From Alphaproteobacteria bacterium (GTDB taxonomy: Bacteria; Pseudomonadota; Alphaproteobacteria; UBA828), in contig CBDFKL010000006.1 of NCBI GenBank assembly GCA_965248825.1, positions 1,025,893 to 1,089,892 on the forward strand: a stretch of DNA of 64,000 nt. Reading direction: 5' to 3'. The notes under the pieces are model-generated. The model had not been told where the DNA came from. It did not search any database and worked only from the letters and a program-made list of their open reading frames with translations. The translations under genes and the position numbers were made by a program. Positions 28,347 through 37,826 of this stretch are shown in pieces (the stretch's first letter is position 1; each line of letters opens with the position of its first letter).

Positions 28347-28528
28347 CCGGCCCGGGGATTCGTCTGGTGCCGGCAAGCCCATAAATCAGGTGCGCTTATG
28401 TTCTCGCGGGTGAGGCACTCGCCTCTGCTCGCTGTCTCAACGGCGCTACGGAGTTCGCGAGACGCACGCTTTACCCGGCGCGCCGGGTTAGACTGGCGGC
28501 GGGAGATCGATGAACGAGGAGTGCCGCG

Positions 28529-29173
28529 ATGCCGCGCTGGGCGAGCGGTCCGGTCGGGCAGCCGCCCTATTGGCAGGAAGCCTGCGCCGCACTTGCCGCA
28601 GCCGATCCAGTGATGGCCGCGCTCGGCGCGCGCCATGACGGCGAAGGGCTGGTCGGCCAGGGCGATCCCTTCCTCACCCTCGCCCGCTCGATCGTGGCGC
28701 AGCAGATCTCGGTCCGCGCGGCGGACAGCATCTGGGCGCGCTTCGAGGCCTGCGTCGGAACCGTCTCACCGCCCAGCGTCGCGGCATTCTCGGAAGACGC
28801 GCTGCGCGGCGCCGGGCTCACCCGCCAGAAGGCCCGCTATCTCCGCGACATCGCCGCCGCCTTCGCAAGCGGGCAGATCGAGCCCGAGCGGTGGCGAAGC
28901 GCGGACGACGAAGCGGTGATCGCCGAGCTCGTCGCGCTTCGGGGGGTCGGCCGCTGGACCGCCGAGATGTTCCTCATCTTCCACCTGCAGCGGCCGGACG
29001 TGCTGCCGCTCGCCGATATCGGCGTGCAACGCGCCATGGCCAAGCACTATGGCGAATCCGGCAAGATGGCCGCCGCGGCGATCGAAACCCATGCCGTACA
29101 CTGGCGGCCGTGGCGCACGGTTGCGACCTGGCACCTCTGGCGCAGCCTCGACCCGCTTCCCGTCGCCTATTGA
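28529..29173 (+). CDS. DNA-3-methyladenine glycosylase II-like (HhH-GPD superfamily)
   Basis: LTLARSIVAQQISVRAADSIWARF...LRGAGLTRQKARYLRDIA...LVALRGVGRWTAEMFLIF...LPLADIGVQRA: helix-hairpin-helix plus catalytic Asp. Confidence 0.75.
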   Translation: MPRWASGPVGQPPYWQEACAALAAADPVMAALGARHDGEGLVGQGDPFLTLARSIVAQQISVRAADSIWARFEACVGTVSPPSVAAFSEDALRGAGLTRQKARYLRDIAAAFASGQIEPERWRSADDEAVIAELVALRGVGRWTAEMFLIFHLQRPDVLPLADIGVQRAMAKHYGESGKMAAAAIETHAVHWRPWRTVATWHLWRSLDPLPVAY

Positions 29174-29203
29174 ACCGGCATCCCGCCGGATCTCGGCCGC
29201 GCA

Positions 29204-31675
29204 TCAACTTCCGGCGCCCGCGCCCGCCTCCGCCTCCTTCAAATCTCCGGCGAAGCGGCGGCGTTTCTCGGCGAATTCGATCAAGCGCTCCTCTACCAAT
29301 CGATTGATCGTCCCTTCCGGAAAGAGACCGTCCGCGCCGCGGCTGCCGGCCTCGACACCGGTGAGCAGCTCGATGCCCTCGTCGATCGTCTTGACCTCGT
29401 GGATGCGAAACCCGCCGCCGCGCACCGCCTCGACCACATCGGCCCGCAACATCAGGTTCTTGACGTTGGACTCGGGGATCAGGACGCCCTGACCGCCGGT
29501 CAGACCGCGGGCGCGGCAAATATCGAAAAAGCCCTCGATCTTCTCGTTGACGCCGCCGATCGCCTGCACCCGGCCATGCTGGTTGACCGCGCCTGTGACC
29601 GCGAGCGATTGGCGGATCGGCAAGCCCGAGAGCGCCGACAACAGGGCATAGAGCTCGGTCGAAGAAGCGCTGTCGCCATCGACCCCGCCATAGGACTGCT
29701 CGAATACCAGGCTCGCCGAGAGCGCGAGCGGCTGGTCGGGGGCATAGTGCGCGCCCAGATAGCTCGCGAGAATCATCACCCCCTTGGAGTGGAGCGGGCC
29801 GCCGAGCTCGACCTCGCGCTCGATATCGACCACCCGGCCCGCGCCGATGCGGAGTCGTGCCGTGATCCGAGCCGGTTTGCCGAAGGCGTAACGGCCCAAA
29901 TGCAGCACCGAGAGGCCGTTGATCTGGCCTACCGCCTCGCCGTCGGTATCGATCAGCACCGAGCCCCGGAGGATCTGCTCCTGCATTTCCAGGCGCATCC
30001 GGCTGACCCGTTCGACGGCGCCCTCGATCGCCCGTTCCACATCCTCGCGCTCGATGCGATCGCGGCCGCTGCCGCCCGCATAGTAGTCCGCCTCGCGCGC
30101 CAGATCGCTGAGCCGCCTGAACTGGGTCGAGAGCCGCTCGGCGTCGCCGGCCAGCCGGGAGCTGTGATCGAGCAGGCGCGCCACCGCCTCGCAGGTCAAC
30201 GGCCTGAGCGCCTCGGCGCGCGCCATGGTGGCGAGAAGCCGCGCGTAGATCATGTTGTTGTCGTCCGAGCGCGGCAGGTGATCATCGAGGTCGGCGGTCA
30301 CCTTGAAGAGCTCGGCGAAGTCGGGGTCCGACTGATCGAGCCGATAATAGAGCGCGCGGTCGCCGATCAGCACGACCTTGAGGTCGAGGGGAATCGGCGC
30401 CGGGCTGAGGGTTTGTGTGCTGACCACGCCGGCCGCCTGCTGAGGCGCCTCGATGCGGATTTCACGGGACCGGAGCGCATGTTTGAGCCCCTCCCAGACG
30501 AAGGGCTCCATGAGCACCTTGCGCGCATCGAGGATCAGATAGCCGCCGTTCGCCCGATGCAGGGCGCCCGCCTTGATACGTGTGAAGTCGGTCACCAGCG
30601 TCCCGAGCTCGGCGACATGCTCGATGCTGCCGAAGAGCTCGCGATAGCCCGGCTGGTCGGCATAGACGACGGGCGCGCCGTCGAGCCCGGCGCAATCGAC
30701 CAGGACGTTGACCGCGTAGCGACTGAGCGTCGGATTTGCCGCGCCCGGCCGGGCGTGTGCCGGGCCCGGATGGGGATAGGGACCGATCTGCCCGGGTGCG
30801 TCGTCGGCCCGGCGGAAGAGCGCGACATGCTCGACGACATCGGCCTCGACGGCGTCGAGAAAGTCGAGCACCTGCGGCAGATCGGCGAACCCGGCGCGGG
30901 CGTCGCCGATGACGCTGCGCGCGGCGATGCCGGCGATCTCTCGATCGAGCCTCTCCAGGGTCTCACGAGCCTCGCGGGCCCAGCCGGGCACCTGCTGCAT
31001 GATCTCGCCGAGCCGCTCCTGCAGGCGGTGAATATCCTCCTGAATGACCTCGCGGCGCGCCTCGGGCAGCGCCGCGAACGCCTCCTGAGGCATCGCTTGC
31101 CCGTCGCTGAGCGGCGCGATCGCGATGCCGGAATCGGTTTGCATGAGCGCGAGATCGCGCGCTTTCGCGTCCTCCTGCACGCGGGCCAGGGCTTCCTGGT
31201 GGCGCTTCTTCACCGCCTCTTCGATCCCGCTGCGCCGGCGGCGGTAGTCGTCGCTTTCGAAGACCGCCGGAATCACCGTCTTCAGATCGTGGACGAGCTT
31301 TCGTATCGCCCGCTCCAGCCGGCGGCCGGCGCCGGCGGGCAGGTGCAGGGCACGCGGCTGGTGGCTGTGCTCGAAATTGAAGACGTAGCACCAATCTCCG
31401 GGCGCCGGCTCCGACTGAGCACGACGCTGCAACAGGCGCCGCGCGACGACGTGGCGGCCCGAGCCGGCAGGGCCCAGAAGAAAGGCGTTGTAGCCGCCGC
31501 GTCGCATGCCGACGGCGAACTCGATGGCCGCGACGGCGCGATCCTGACCGACGATCTCGGTGAGGTCCTCGAGCTCTTCCGTCGTCGCGAACGGGAAGGC
31601 GCCGGCATCGCACAGGCGGCACAGACGATCGGGCGCGAGCGGTGGCACGCCGGTCGTCGGTCTCGGCTCCCCCAT
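29204..31675 (-). CDS. Lon-like ATP-dependent protease (COG1067/LonB-like: AAA+ ATPase with C-terminal S16 Lon protease domain), about 823 aa
   Basis: N-terminal region FATTEELEDLTEIVGQDRAVAAIEFAVGMRRGGYNAFLLGPAGSGRH (Walker A). C-terminal Lon proteolytic domain (GPLHSKGVMILASYLG...SYGGVDGDSASSTELYALLSAL...AVTGAVNQHGRVQAIGGVNEKIEG, Ser-Lys dyad context). ATG with GGAGAGG ribosome-binding site. Confidence 0.75.
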   Translation of the reverse strand: MGEPRPTTGVPPLAPDRLCRLCDAGAFPFATTEELEDLTEIVGQDRAVAAIEFAVGMRRGGYNAFLLGPAGSGRHVVARRLLQRRAQSEPAPGDWCYVFNFEHSHQPRALHLPAGAGRRLERAIRKLVHDLKTVIPAVFESDDYRRRRSGIEEAVKKRHQEALARVQEDAKARDLALMQTDSGIAIAPLSDGQAMPQEAFAALPEARREVIQEDIHRLQERLGEIMQQVPGWAREARETLERLDREIAGIAARSVIGDARAGFADLPQVLDFLDAVEADVVEHVALFRRADDAPGQIGPYPHPGPAHARPGAANPTLSRYAVNVLVDCAGLDGAPVVYADQPGYRELFGSIEHVAELGTLVTDFTRIKAGALHRANGGYLILDARKVLMEPFVWEGLKHALRSREIRIEAPQQAAGVVSTQTLSPAPIPLDLKVVLIGDRALYYRLDQSDPDFAELFKVTADLDDHLPRSDDNNMIYARLLATMARAEALRPLTCEAVARLLDHSSRLAGDAERLSTQFRRLSDLAREADYYAGGSGRDRIEREDVERAIEGAVERVSRMRLEMQEQILRGSVLIDTDGEAVGQINGLSVLHLGRYAFGKPARITARLRIGAGRVVDIEREVELGGPLHSKGVMILASYLGAHYAPDQPLALSASLVFEQSYGGVDGDSASSTELYALLSALSGLPIRQSLAVTGAVNQHGRVQAIGGVNEKIEGFFDICRARGLTGGQGVLIPESNVKNLMLRADVVEAVRGGGFRIHEVKTIDEGIELLTGVEAGSRGADGLFPEGTINRLVEERLIEFAEKRRRFAGDLKEAEAGAGAGS

Positions 31676-31748
31676 TCCCTGTTTCCTCTCCAAGATCGCG
31701 GCTCTCGTGCCCTCGCCGCGCTGGTCTCTGCTGCGCGCTGAGCCCGGT

Positions 31749-32483
31749 CTAATCCCTGTAGTCGGGCTCGATGCGGTCCAGCATCCGCTTGAGCCCCTCG
31801 AAGTGATCGACCGCGTAGCGGTGCATGTTGTCGACCGACATTTGACGCGCGGTTTCGGTCTGGATCTCGGGCGGGATCAGCTCGAGGGGGCGGCCCGTGC
31901 TCATGGCGAGGATCTGGGCCGTCGCCGCGCGCTCAAGATAGTAGAGATCGTCATAGGTCTTGGCGACATGGGGGCCGCCGACCATCACGCCATGATTGCC
32001 CATAAGAAGGATGTCGGCGCCGCCCATTGCCGCCGCCACGCGGTCGCCCTCGCCGTCGTCGAGGGCGACGCCCTGATAGTCGCGGTCGTAGGCGATGCGA
32101 TGACAGAAGCGGAGCGCGGTCTGGCTCGCCGGCTCGAGCCGCCCGCCCGCGGTCATGGCGAGCGCCAGCGTATGGGGCTGGTGGTTGTGCATCAGGCACC
32201 GCAAATCGGGTCTCGCCTTGTGAACACGCGCGTGGATATGGACGGCGGTCGGCTCGGCCGTGCCCTCGCCCGCGGTCACGTTGCCCTCCAGGTCGACGAC
32301 CAGGAGCGCGCTCGCGCGCACTTGGCTCCAGTGGGTGCCATAGGGGATCAGGAGAAAGCGATCGGGTCTGTCCGGCATGACCAGTGTGAAGTGATTGCAG
32401 ACCCCCTCGTTCAAGCCGTGATGGCAAGCCAGCCGATAGGCTGCCGCCAGGTCGATGCGCGCCTCGCGCTCGGCGTCGCTCAT
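31749..32483 (-). CDS. Class II aldolase/adducin family protein
   Basis: 244 aa. EAR..LAAAYRLACHHGLNEGVCNHFTL...HIHARVHKARPDLRCLMHNHQP (metal-binding His cluster). GGAGG ribosome-binding site before the ATG. Confidence 0.75.
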   Translation of the reverse strand: MSDAEREARIDLAAAYRLACHHGLNEGVCNHFTLVMPDRPDRFLLIPYGTHWSQVRASALLVVDLEGNVTAGEGTAEPTAVHIHARVHKARPDLRCLMHNHQPHTLALAMTAGGRLEPASQTALRFCHRIAYDRDYQGVALDDGEGDRVAAAMGGADILLMGNHGVMVGGPHVAKTYDDLYYLERAATAQILAMSTGRPLELIPPEIQTETARQMSVDNMHRYAVDHFEGLKRMLDRIEPDYRD

Positions 32484-32660
32484 CACTCCTCCACCGTCTC
32501 TTCGCACAGGACCGCCCCGATATCGCCTGCCCGACAGCCAGCCGATCCCGCCACGCCCGGAGCGAGAGCCGCCGCGCCGAGGGAACGGCATCGCCAAATC
32601 CGACAAAACCGAGCACAATCGATGTGGCGAGCCGCATGACTGAGCGTGTTGGACGAACCG

Positions 32661-33293
32661 ATGCCCGCCGCCGACTGGTATTTCGATTTTCTCTCTCCTT
32701 TCTCCTATCTGCAACTCACCCAGTTCGAGCGCCTGCCGCCGGACCTCGAGATCACCCTCCGCCCGGTCCTGTTTGCCGGGCTGCTCGGGCATTGGAAGCA
32801 CCGGGGGCCGGCCGAGATCCCGTTGAAACGCGTGCATACCTACCGGTGGTGCCACTGGTATGCGGAGCGCCACGGCATTCCCTTCCGCATGCCGCCGGCC
32901 CATCCGTTCAACCCGCTCCGCCCGCTCAGGCTCGCCATCGCTCGGGGCTCGGAGGCGGCGCTGGTGCGCACGATCTTCGACGCCGTCTATGCCGAGGGTC
33001 GCGATCTCTCGCGGGATCGGGAATGGCATGCGCTCACCACCCGGCTCGCCATCCCTGACGCCGACGCTCTGATCGCCGACCCTGCGGTCAAAACAGCGCT
33101 CAGAGACAATACCGAGGAGGCCGTTCAGCGCGGCGTGTTCGGCGTGCCGACCTTTGCGGTCTGTGGCGAGATCTTCTGGGGCGTCGATTCGACCGATCTG
33201 GTGCTTGATTTCCTGGACGATCCGGTGCGCTTCAAGTCGGGCGAATTCGCCCGCATCGCCGATCTCCCCATCGCGCAGGCGCGATCGCTTTAG
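32661..33293 (+). CDS. 2-hydroxychromene-2-carboxylate isomerase family protein (DsbA-like thioredoxin fold)
   Basis: WYFDFLSPFSYL N-terminus and ...GVFGVPTFAVCGEIFWGVD, typical of HCCA isomerase/DsbA-like proteins. Confidence 0.7.
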   Translation: MPAADWYFDFLSPFSYLQLTQFERLPPDLEITLRPVLFAGLLGHWKHRGPAEIPLKRVHTYRWCHWYAERHGIPFRMPPAHPFNPLRPLRLAIARGSEAALVRTIFDAVYAEGRDLSRDREWHALTTRLAIPDADALIADPAVKTALRDNTEEAVQRGVFGVPTFAVCGEIFWGVDSTDLVLDFLDDPVRFKSGEFARIADLPIAQARSL

Positions 33294-33297
33294 GATC

Positions 33298-33314
33298 GGG
33301 CGCCCGGTGCGCCC
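33298..33314. terminator. GC-rich hairpin (GGGCGC-CCGGT-GCGCCC) between convergent genes, followed by the 10-nt palindrome CCGTCGACGG; putative bidirectional terminator
   Basis: Inverted repeats read from the sequence in the 39-nt convergent gap. Confidence 0.3.
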
Positions 33315-33331
33315 GCCGTCCCGTCGACGGC

Positions 33332-34573
33332 TCACGCGATCGCTTCGTCGAGCGCCCGGATCAGGCGCCCGACCTCTTCCGCGGTGTTGTAGTGAACCAT
33401 GCTCGCACGGACGACCCCGCCTCGGTCCGCGAGGCCGAGGTCGCGGATGCATCGGGCGGCATAGAAGTCGCCGGCGCGGATCGCGACCCGGTGGGGCTCA
33501 ACGGCGCGGGCGATCTCCTCGGCGTCCCGGCCGTCGACCGCGAACGAAAAGGTCGGCGCCCGGCGGTTCCTGTCGGCGATCCGGTAGCCGATGAGGCGGA
33601 CGCCCCGCTTGGTCGTCAGAAAGTCGACCAGCGGCGTGCCCAATGCCTCTTCATGGGCCGCCGCCCGTGCGAAGACCTGCATCAGACGATCGTGGAGCGG
33701 GAGGTTGGTCTCGCCCTCATGGTGTGCATGCAAGGCATCGAGATAGGCGGTGATGCCGGCGAGGCCCGCCGTCAGCTCATGGTTGGGCCCGCCCGGGTTC
33801 AACTTCAGCGGAAGCGCATCGTCCAGGAAGAAGTGATTGAGCGGGGCCGCCTGTTCGAAGTGCTCGCGCTTGCCGTAAAGGAGCGCCGCATGCGGCCCGT
33901 AGAGCTTGTAGGTCGAGCACAGGTAGAAGTCGACGTCCCACGCCTTGACGTCGATGGCGCGGTGCGCCGCATAGGCGACCCCGTCCACGCAGGCAAGGGC
34001 GCCGGCGTCGTGGATCATGCGAACCAGCGCCGGCACGTCGTTGAAACCGCCGGTGATATTCGAGCAATGGGTAAAGCAGACGAGACGCGTGCGTTCGGTC
34101 AAGAGGGCGGCGAGATGCTGCGGTACCAGCGCCGCGGTCTCCGGATCGAAGCACCACTCGCGCACGGTAATCCCGGTTGCCGCGAGCCTGCGCCAGGCGC
34201 CGCTGTTCGCCTCGTGGTCGAGATTGGTGACGATGATCTCGTCCCCCTCGCGGAAGCCCGGGCGCAGCGCCTGGGCCAGGAGGAACACGTTCATCGAGGT
34301 CGAAGGCCCGATCATCACCTCTTCGGGCGCGGCGTTCAGCATCGCGGCCATGGCCCGATGGCTTTCGTCGATCATCTCCGCGGCGCGTGACGAGGCGGGG
34401 AACGGCGCTCCCGGCTGGACCTGATAGTCGCTCATGTAGGTGCGGATGCGCGCCAGCGCCTGGGCCGCGACGAGGGTCCCGCCGGCGTTCTCCAAGAGCG
34501 CCCAGTCGCCCGAGAGGGCCGGGAAATGGGTGCGCGCGAAGGCGACGTCGAACGGGGTGGTCGAAGCAGCCAC
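33332..34573 (-). CDS. Aminotransferase class V (cysteine desulfurase/selenocysteine lyase-like)
   Basis: 413 aa. PLP fold-type I class V pattern (LDHEANSGAW...HCSNITGG...DFYLCSTYKLYGPH with the PLP lysine in STYK). Confidence 0.8.
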   Translation of the reverse strand: MAASTTPFDVAFARTHFPALSGDWALLENAGGTLVAAQALARIRTYMSDYQVQPGAPFPASSRAAEMIDESHRAMAAMLNAAPEEVMIGPSTSMNVFLLAQALRPGFREGDEIIVTNLDHEANSGAWRRLAATGITVREWCFDPETAALVPQHLAALLTERTRLVCFTHCSNITGGFNDVPALVRMIHDAGALACVDGVAYAAHRAIDVKAWDVDFYLCSTYKLYGPHAALLYGKREHFEQAAPLNHFFLDDALPLKLNPGGPNHELTAGLAGITAYLDALHAHHEGETNLPLHDRLMQVFARAAAHEEALGTPLVDFLTTKRGVRLIGYRIADRNRRAPTFSFAVDGRDAEEIARAVEPHRVAIRAGDFYAARCIRDLGLADRGGVVRASMVHYNTAEEVGRLIRALDEAIA

Positions 34574-34579
34574 CCGGCG

Positions 34580-34954
34580 CTATTCCGTCGGCCCGCCAGC
34601 CTCGGACCAGGCCTGGAAGCCGCCGGTCAGGTTGACGACATTCGCGATGCCCATGTCCTGCAGGGTCTTGGTCGCGAGCGCCGAGCGGCCGCCGGAGGCG
34701 CAATAGACCACCAGCGTCTTGCCCGCAGAGAGCGCCGGGTTGTGCATCGGCGAGGCGGGATCGGCGATGAACTCCAGGAAGCCGCGCGGGGCGGCCTCGG
34801 CGCCGGCGATCGCGCCCGCGTCATGCTCGGCACGCTCGCGTACGTCGACGAAGACGGCGTCGGCGTCGCCGACCAAGGCGAGCGCCTGGTCGACCGAGAT
34901 GCTGGTGATCTCGGCCTGCGCCTCGCCGATCAATTGCATGATCCCCATCACCAT
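34580..34954 (-). CDS. Single-domain rhodanese-like sulfurtransferase
   Basis: Active-site loop VVYCASGGRSA. About 124 aa. Lies 6 nt upstream of the class V aminotransferase on the same strand. Exact start among three nearby ATGs is unclear. Confidence 0.75.
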   Translation of the reverse strand: MVMGIMQLIGEAQAEITSISVDQALALVGDADAVFVDVRERAEHDAGAIAGAEAAPRGFLEFIADPASPMHNPALSAGKTLVVYCASGGRSALATKTLQDMGIANVVNLTGGFQAWSEAGGPTE

Positions 34955-35066
34955 GTTCCCCCCGGTTGGCTCGCGGCCAGCGCCTTAGCTCGATCGCGCC
35001 TTCATGGACTCTCCAGTCGCTCCGTGCAAGGGTTCCGACCATGCCTCAACCAGGGAACGGACCGAC

Positions 35067-35486
35067 ATGAGCCGCGATATCGGGCCGTTCGATCTGGAGA
35101 CCGTTCGTCTGATCATGGATTCGCGTGGTCGGGCGACACCAAAGCAGGTCAGTCCCGATTTCTACCGCGAACTCGATACCGAGTTCGACGGCTTTGCCGG
35201 CCACCTGTTGGTCTCGAAGCACGGATTCAGCGAGCCCTGGGGTGCCTGGGAGATGCACCCGAAAGGCGACGAGATCGTCTATCTCCTGTCGGGCGACGTC
35301 GATTTGGTGCTCTGGACCGGGGACGCTGAGCGCCCGATTCGCCTGCGCGAGCCGGGCTCTTACGTTCTCGTGCCGATGGGCACGTGGCACACGGCGCGCC
35401 CCCGGACACGGTCGGATATGCTCTTCATCACCTCGGGCGAGGGCACGCTTCACGCCGAGGCACCGGAGGCGGCCGCGGCCGGTTAG
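35067..35486 (+). CDS. Cupin domain protein
   Basis: EMHPKGDEIVYLLSGDVDLVLW...GSYVLVPMGTWHTA, a two-motif cupin signature. Confidence 0.6.
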   Translation: MSRDIGPFDLETVRLIMDSRGRATPKQVSPDFYRELDTEFDGFAGHLLVSKHGFSEPWGAWEMHPKGDEIVYLLSGDVDLVLWTGDAERPIRLREPGSYVLVPMGTWHTARPRTRSDMLFITSGEGTLHAEAPEAAAAG

Positions 35487-35487
35487 G

Positions 35488-35880
35488 CTAAGGCGCCTTG
35501 GCAGCCACCGCCTCGATCTCGACCAGCCATTCGGGGATCGCCAGCGCGGGCACGATGATCGCCGTGGAGGCCGGCCGCACACCGCCAAGCGCTTTCTTTC
35601 GCGCGGCCGCGTAAGCCGGGAAATTCTCCTCGCCGACGACATAGCCGGTGATCTTCACGATATCCTCGACGCCCATGCCGCCTTCGGCGAGCAGCGCCAT
35701 GATGTTGGCCCAGACCTGATCCGCCTGAGCGGCGAAGCCCTCCGCCGTCGTGCCGTCGGGGCGCGCGCCCACCTGGCCCGCGGTGAACAGCAGGCGGGCC
35801 CCCGGCGGGATCTCCAGCGCCTGGCTGTATCCGCCGCCAAAGGCTTCGACAACGGTGGCCGGATTATGTCGCTTCAACAT
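35488..35880 (-). CDS. RidA/YjgF/TdcF family reactive-intermediate deaminase
   Basis: 130 aa. GYSQALEIPPGARLLFTAGQVG...ITGYVVG...PASTAIIVPALAIPEWLVEIEAVA. Confidence 0.8.
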   Translation of the reverse strand: MLKRHNPATVVEAFGGGYSQALEIPPGARLLFTAGQVGARPDGTTAEGFAAQADQVWANIMALLAEGGMGVEDIVKITGYVVGEENFPAYAAARKKALGGVRPASTAIIVPALAIPEWLVEIEAVAAKAP

Positions 35881-36049
35881 CGAGCCTCCTCCTGGTTCTC
35901 GTCCCTCACCCTCGATCGCCCGATCACTTTAGGGTTCGGGTCGGCGCCTGTCCATCGAGGGCGACGTGCCGGCGCGCCGAGAGTAAGGCGGATCAGGCGA
36001 CGCAGCGAACAGTCTGGACCCTCGGAAACGACCTCGGCATGATGCCGCC

Positions 36050-36880
36050 ATGGTGAACGCCGCCTGGTTCGACGCGGCGCGCCTGACCGGCGCCGATCCG
36101 CCGTCTTTCTCGCGGATCGAGGCAGGCGGCGAGGCGCCGCACTTCGTCCTCATCTGCGACCATGCGAGCAACGCGGTCCCGGCCCACATGGCACGGCTCG
36201 GCCTCGACCAGGCCGAACTCGACCGCCACATCGGATGGGACATCGGTGCGGCATCGGTGACCCAATCGCTCAGTGCGCGGCTCGACGCGCCCGCCTTCCT
36301 CGCCGGCTACTCGCGCCTGGTCGTCGACTGCAACCGCCCTCCGGGTTCGCCGACCGCGATGCCGGCGGTGAGCGACGGTACGGTGGTGCCGGCCAACCAG
36401 GCGATCTCGGCCGCGGAGGCGAAGGCGCGCACCGACGCGTTCTTTCGGCCCTACCACGAGGCCATCACCGCCTGCCTCGATCATGTGACCGGCGCCGGAA
36501 CGGTGCCGATCCTGGTGGCGGTTCACAGCTTCACGCCGGTGTTCGACGGCGTTGCCCGGCCGTGGGAGGTGGGGCTCCTATGGGAGCATGACGGCCGGCT
36601 CGTGCGGCCGCTCAAGGACGCGCTTGCCTCACTCCGCCCCGGCCTCACCATCGGCGACAATGAGCCCTACGCAATCCGCGGCCCGTCGGACCATTCGATC
36701 CCGGTGCACGGCCAGGACCGCGGTCTGCCTCACATCGAGATCGAGCTGCGCCAAGACCTGATCGGCGACCGCGACGGGGCGGAGGCGTGGGCGGAGACCC
36801 TCGCCATCGCCCTCGAGCGGTTGCGGTCCGCGTTGGCGCCGCTCGCGATCGAGAATCACGTGCCGCGCGTCACCGGATAG
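36050..36880 (+). CDS. N-formylglutamate amidohydrolase family protein
   Basis: FVLICDHASNAVPAHM...VVDCNRP...ILVAVHSFTPVF...HIEIELRQDL pattern of the FGase family. Confidence 0.7.
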   Translation: MVNAAWFDAARLTGADPPSFSRIEAGGEAPHFVLICDHASNAVPAHMARLGLDQAELDRHIGWDIGAASVTQSLSARLDAPAFLAGYSRLVVDCNRPPGSPTAMPAVSDGTVVPANQAISAAEAKARTDAFFRPYHEAITACLDHVTGAGTVPILVAVHSFTPVFDGVARPWEVGLLWEHDGRLVRPLKDALASLRPGLTIGDNEPYAIRGPSDHSIPVHGQDRGLPHIEIELRQDLIGDRDGAEAWAETLAIALERLRSALAPLAIENHVPRVTG

Positions 36881-36957
36881 GAAGCAGGCCCGAGCGCCGC
36901 CTTCGTGGAGGGCCGGGGCCGCTCGGGCCGGGGCGGCGCCCCGCCCGAGCGGGAGTC

Positions 36958-37617
36958 TTACTTGGGTTGCGGCACGATCCGCAGATAGGGCTTCGGAGCC
37001 TTCCAGCCGCCGGGGAAAGTCTGTTTGGCCTCCTCGTCGGAGACCGCCGGGACGATGATCACGTCCTCGCCTTGCTTCCAGTTGACCGGTGTCGCGACCT
37101 TGTGCTTCGCCGTAAGCTGGCAGGAATCGAGCACCCGGAGCACTTCGTCAAAGTTCCGGCCGGTGCTCATCGGATAGGTGAGCGACAGCTTGATTTTCTT
37201 GTCGGGACCGACCAGGAAGACGGTACGAACGGTGAGGTTGTCGACGGCGGTGCGCCCCTCGGACGCGGTGCCCGCGCCCGCGGGCAACATCTCGTAGAGC
37301 GTCGCGATCTTCAGCTCAGGGTCCCCGATCAGCGGGTAATTGACCGCGTGGCCCTGGGTTTCCTCGATGTCCTTGGACCATGCCTGGTGATCGCTGACAC
37401 CATCCACGCTCAAGCCGATAACCTTGCAGTTGCGCTTGTCGAACTCCGATTTGAGCCCGGCCATATAGCCGAGTTCGGTCGTGCACACCGGCGTGAAATC
37501 CTTGGGATGCGAGAAGAGAATGGCCCAGCCGTCGCCGATCCAGTCATGGAAGTCGATCACGCCGGCGGTCGTCTCCGCCGTGAAGTTCGGAGCCTCATCG
37601 CCTATTCTCAGTGCCAT
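36958..37617 (-). CDS. 1-Cys peroxiredoxin (Prx6-type)
   Basis: MALRIGDEAPNFTAETTAGVIDFHDWIGDGWAILFSHPKDFTPVCTTELG, the canonical Prx6 N-terminus with peroxidatic Cys. 219 aa. Confidence 0.85.
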   Translation of the reverse strand: MALRIGDEAPNFTAETTAGVIDFHDWIGDGWAILFSHPKDFTPVCTTELGYMAGLKSEFDKRNCKVIGLSVDGVSDHQAWSKDIEETQGHAVNYPLIGDPELKIATLYEMLPAGAGTASEGRTAVDNLTVRTVFLVGPDKKIKLSLTYPMSTGRNFDEVLRVLDSCQLTAKHKVATPVNWKQGEDVIIVPAVSDEEAKQTFPGGWKAPKPYLRIVPQPK

Positions 37618-37826
37618 GGCCTGATTTCCCCCTTTTCGATGTTCCGCGTGCCGGCCGATGCGCCGACCGGCATTCCGCAAATGAATGACTCGCGCGACCG
37701 ACGCCCCCTCGCGGCAGCCGCCGTTGACCAACAATGTGGGGAGCGATGACCGGCAGGCAAGCGCCGTTTTTCCGACGGCCGCGCGGCCGTCTCCAGCGGA
37801 GACGACGGTGTGTGGCGGGACCGGCC

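Noticed and set aside
29204-31675. Calling the Lon-like protease a BREX BrxL component, i.e. a defence island
   Set aside because: No PglX, PglZ, BrxA/B/C, methyltransferase or other defence-type gene is present within the flanking 15 kb. The neighbours are metabolic, so only the generic LonB-like assignment is supported.
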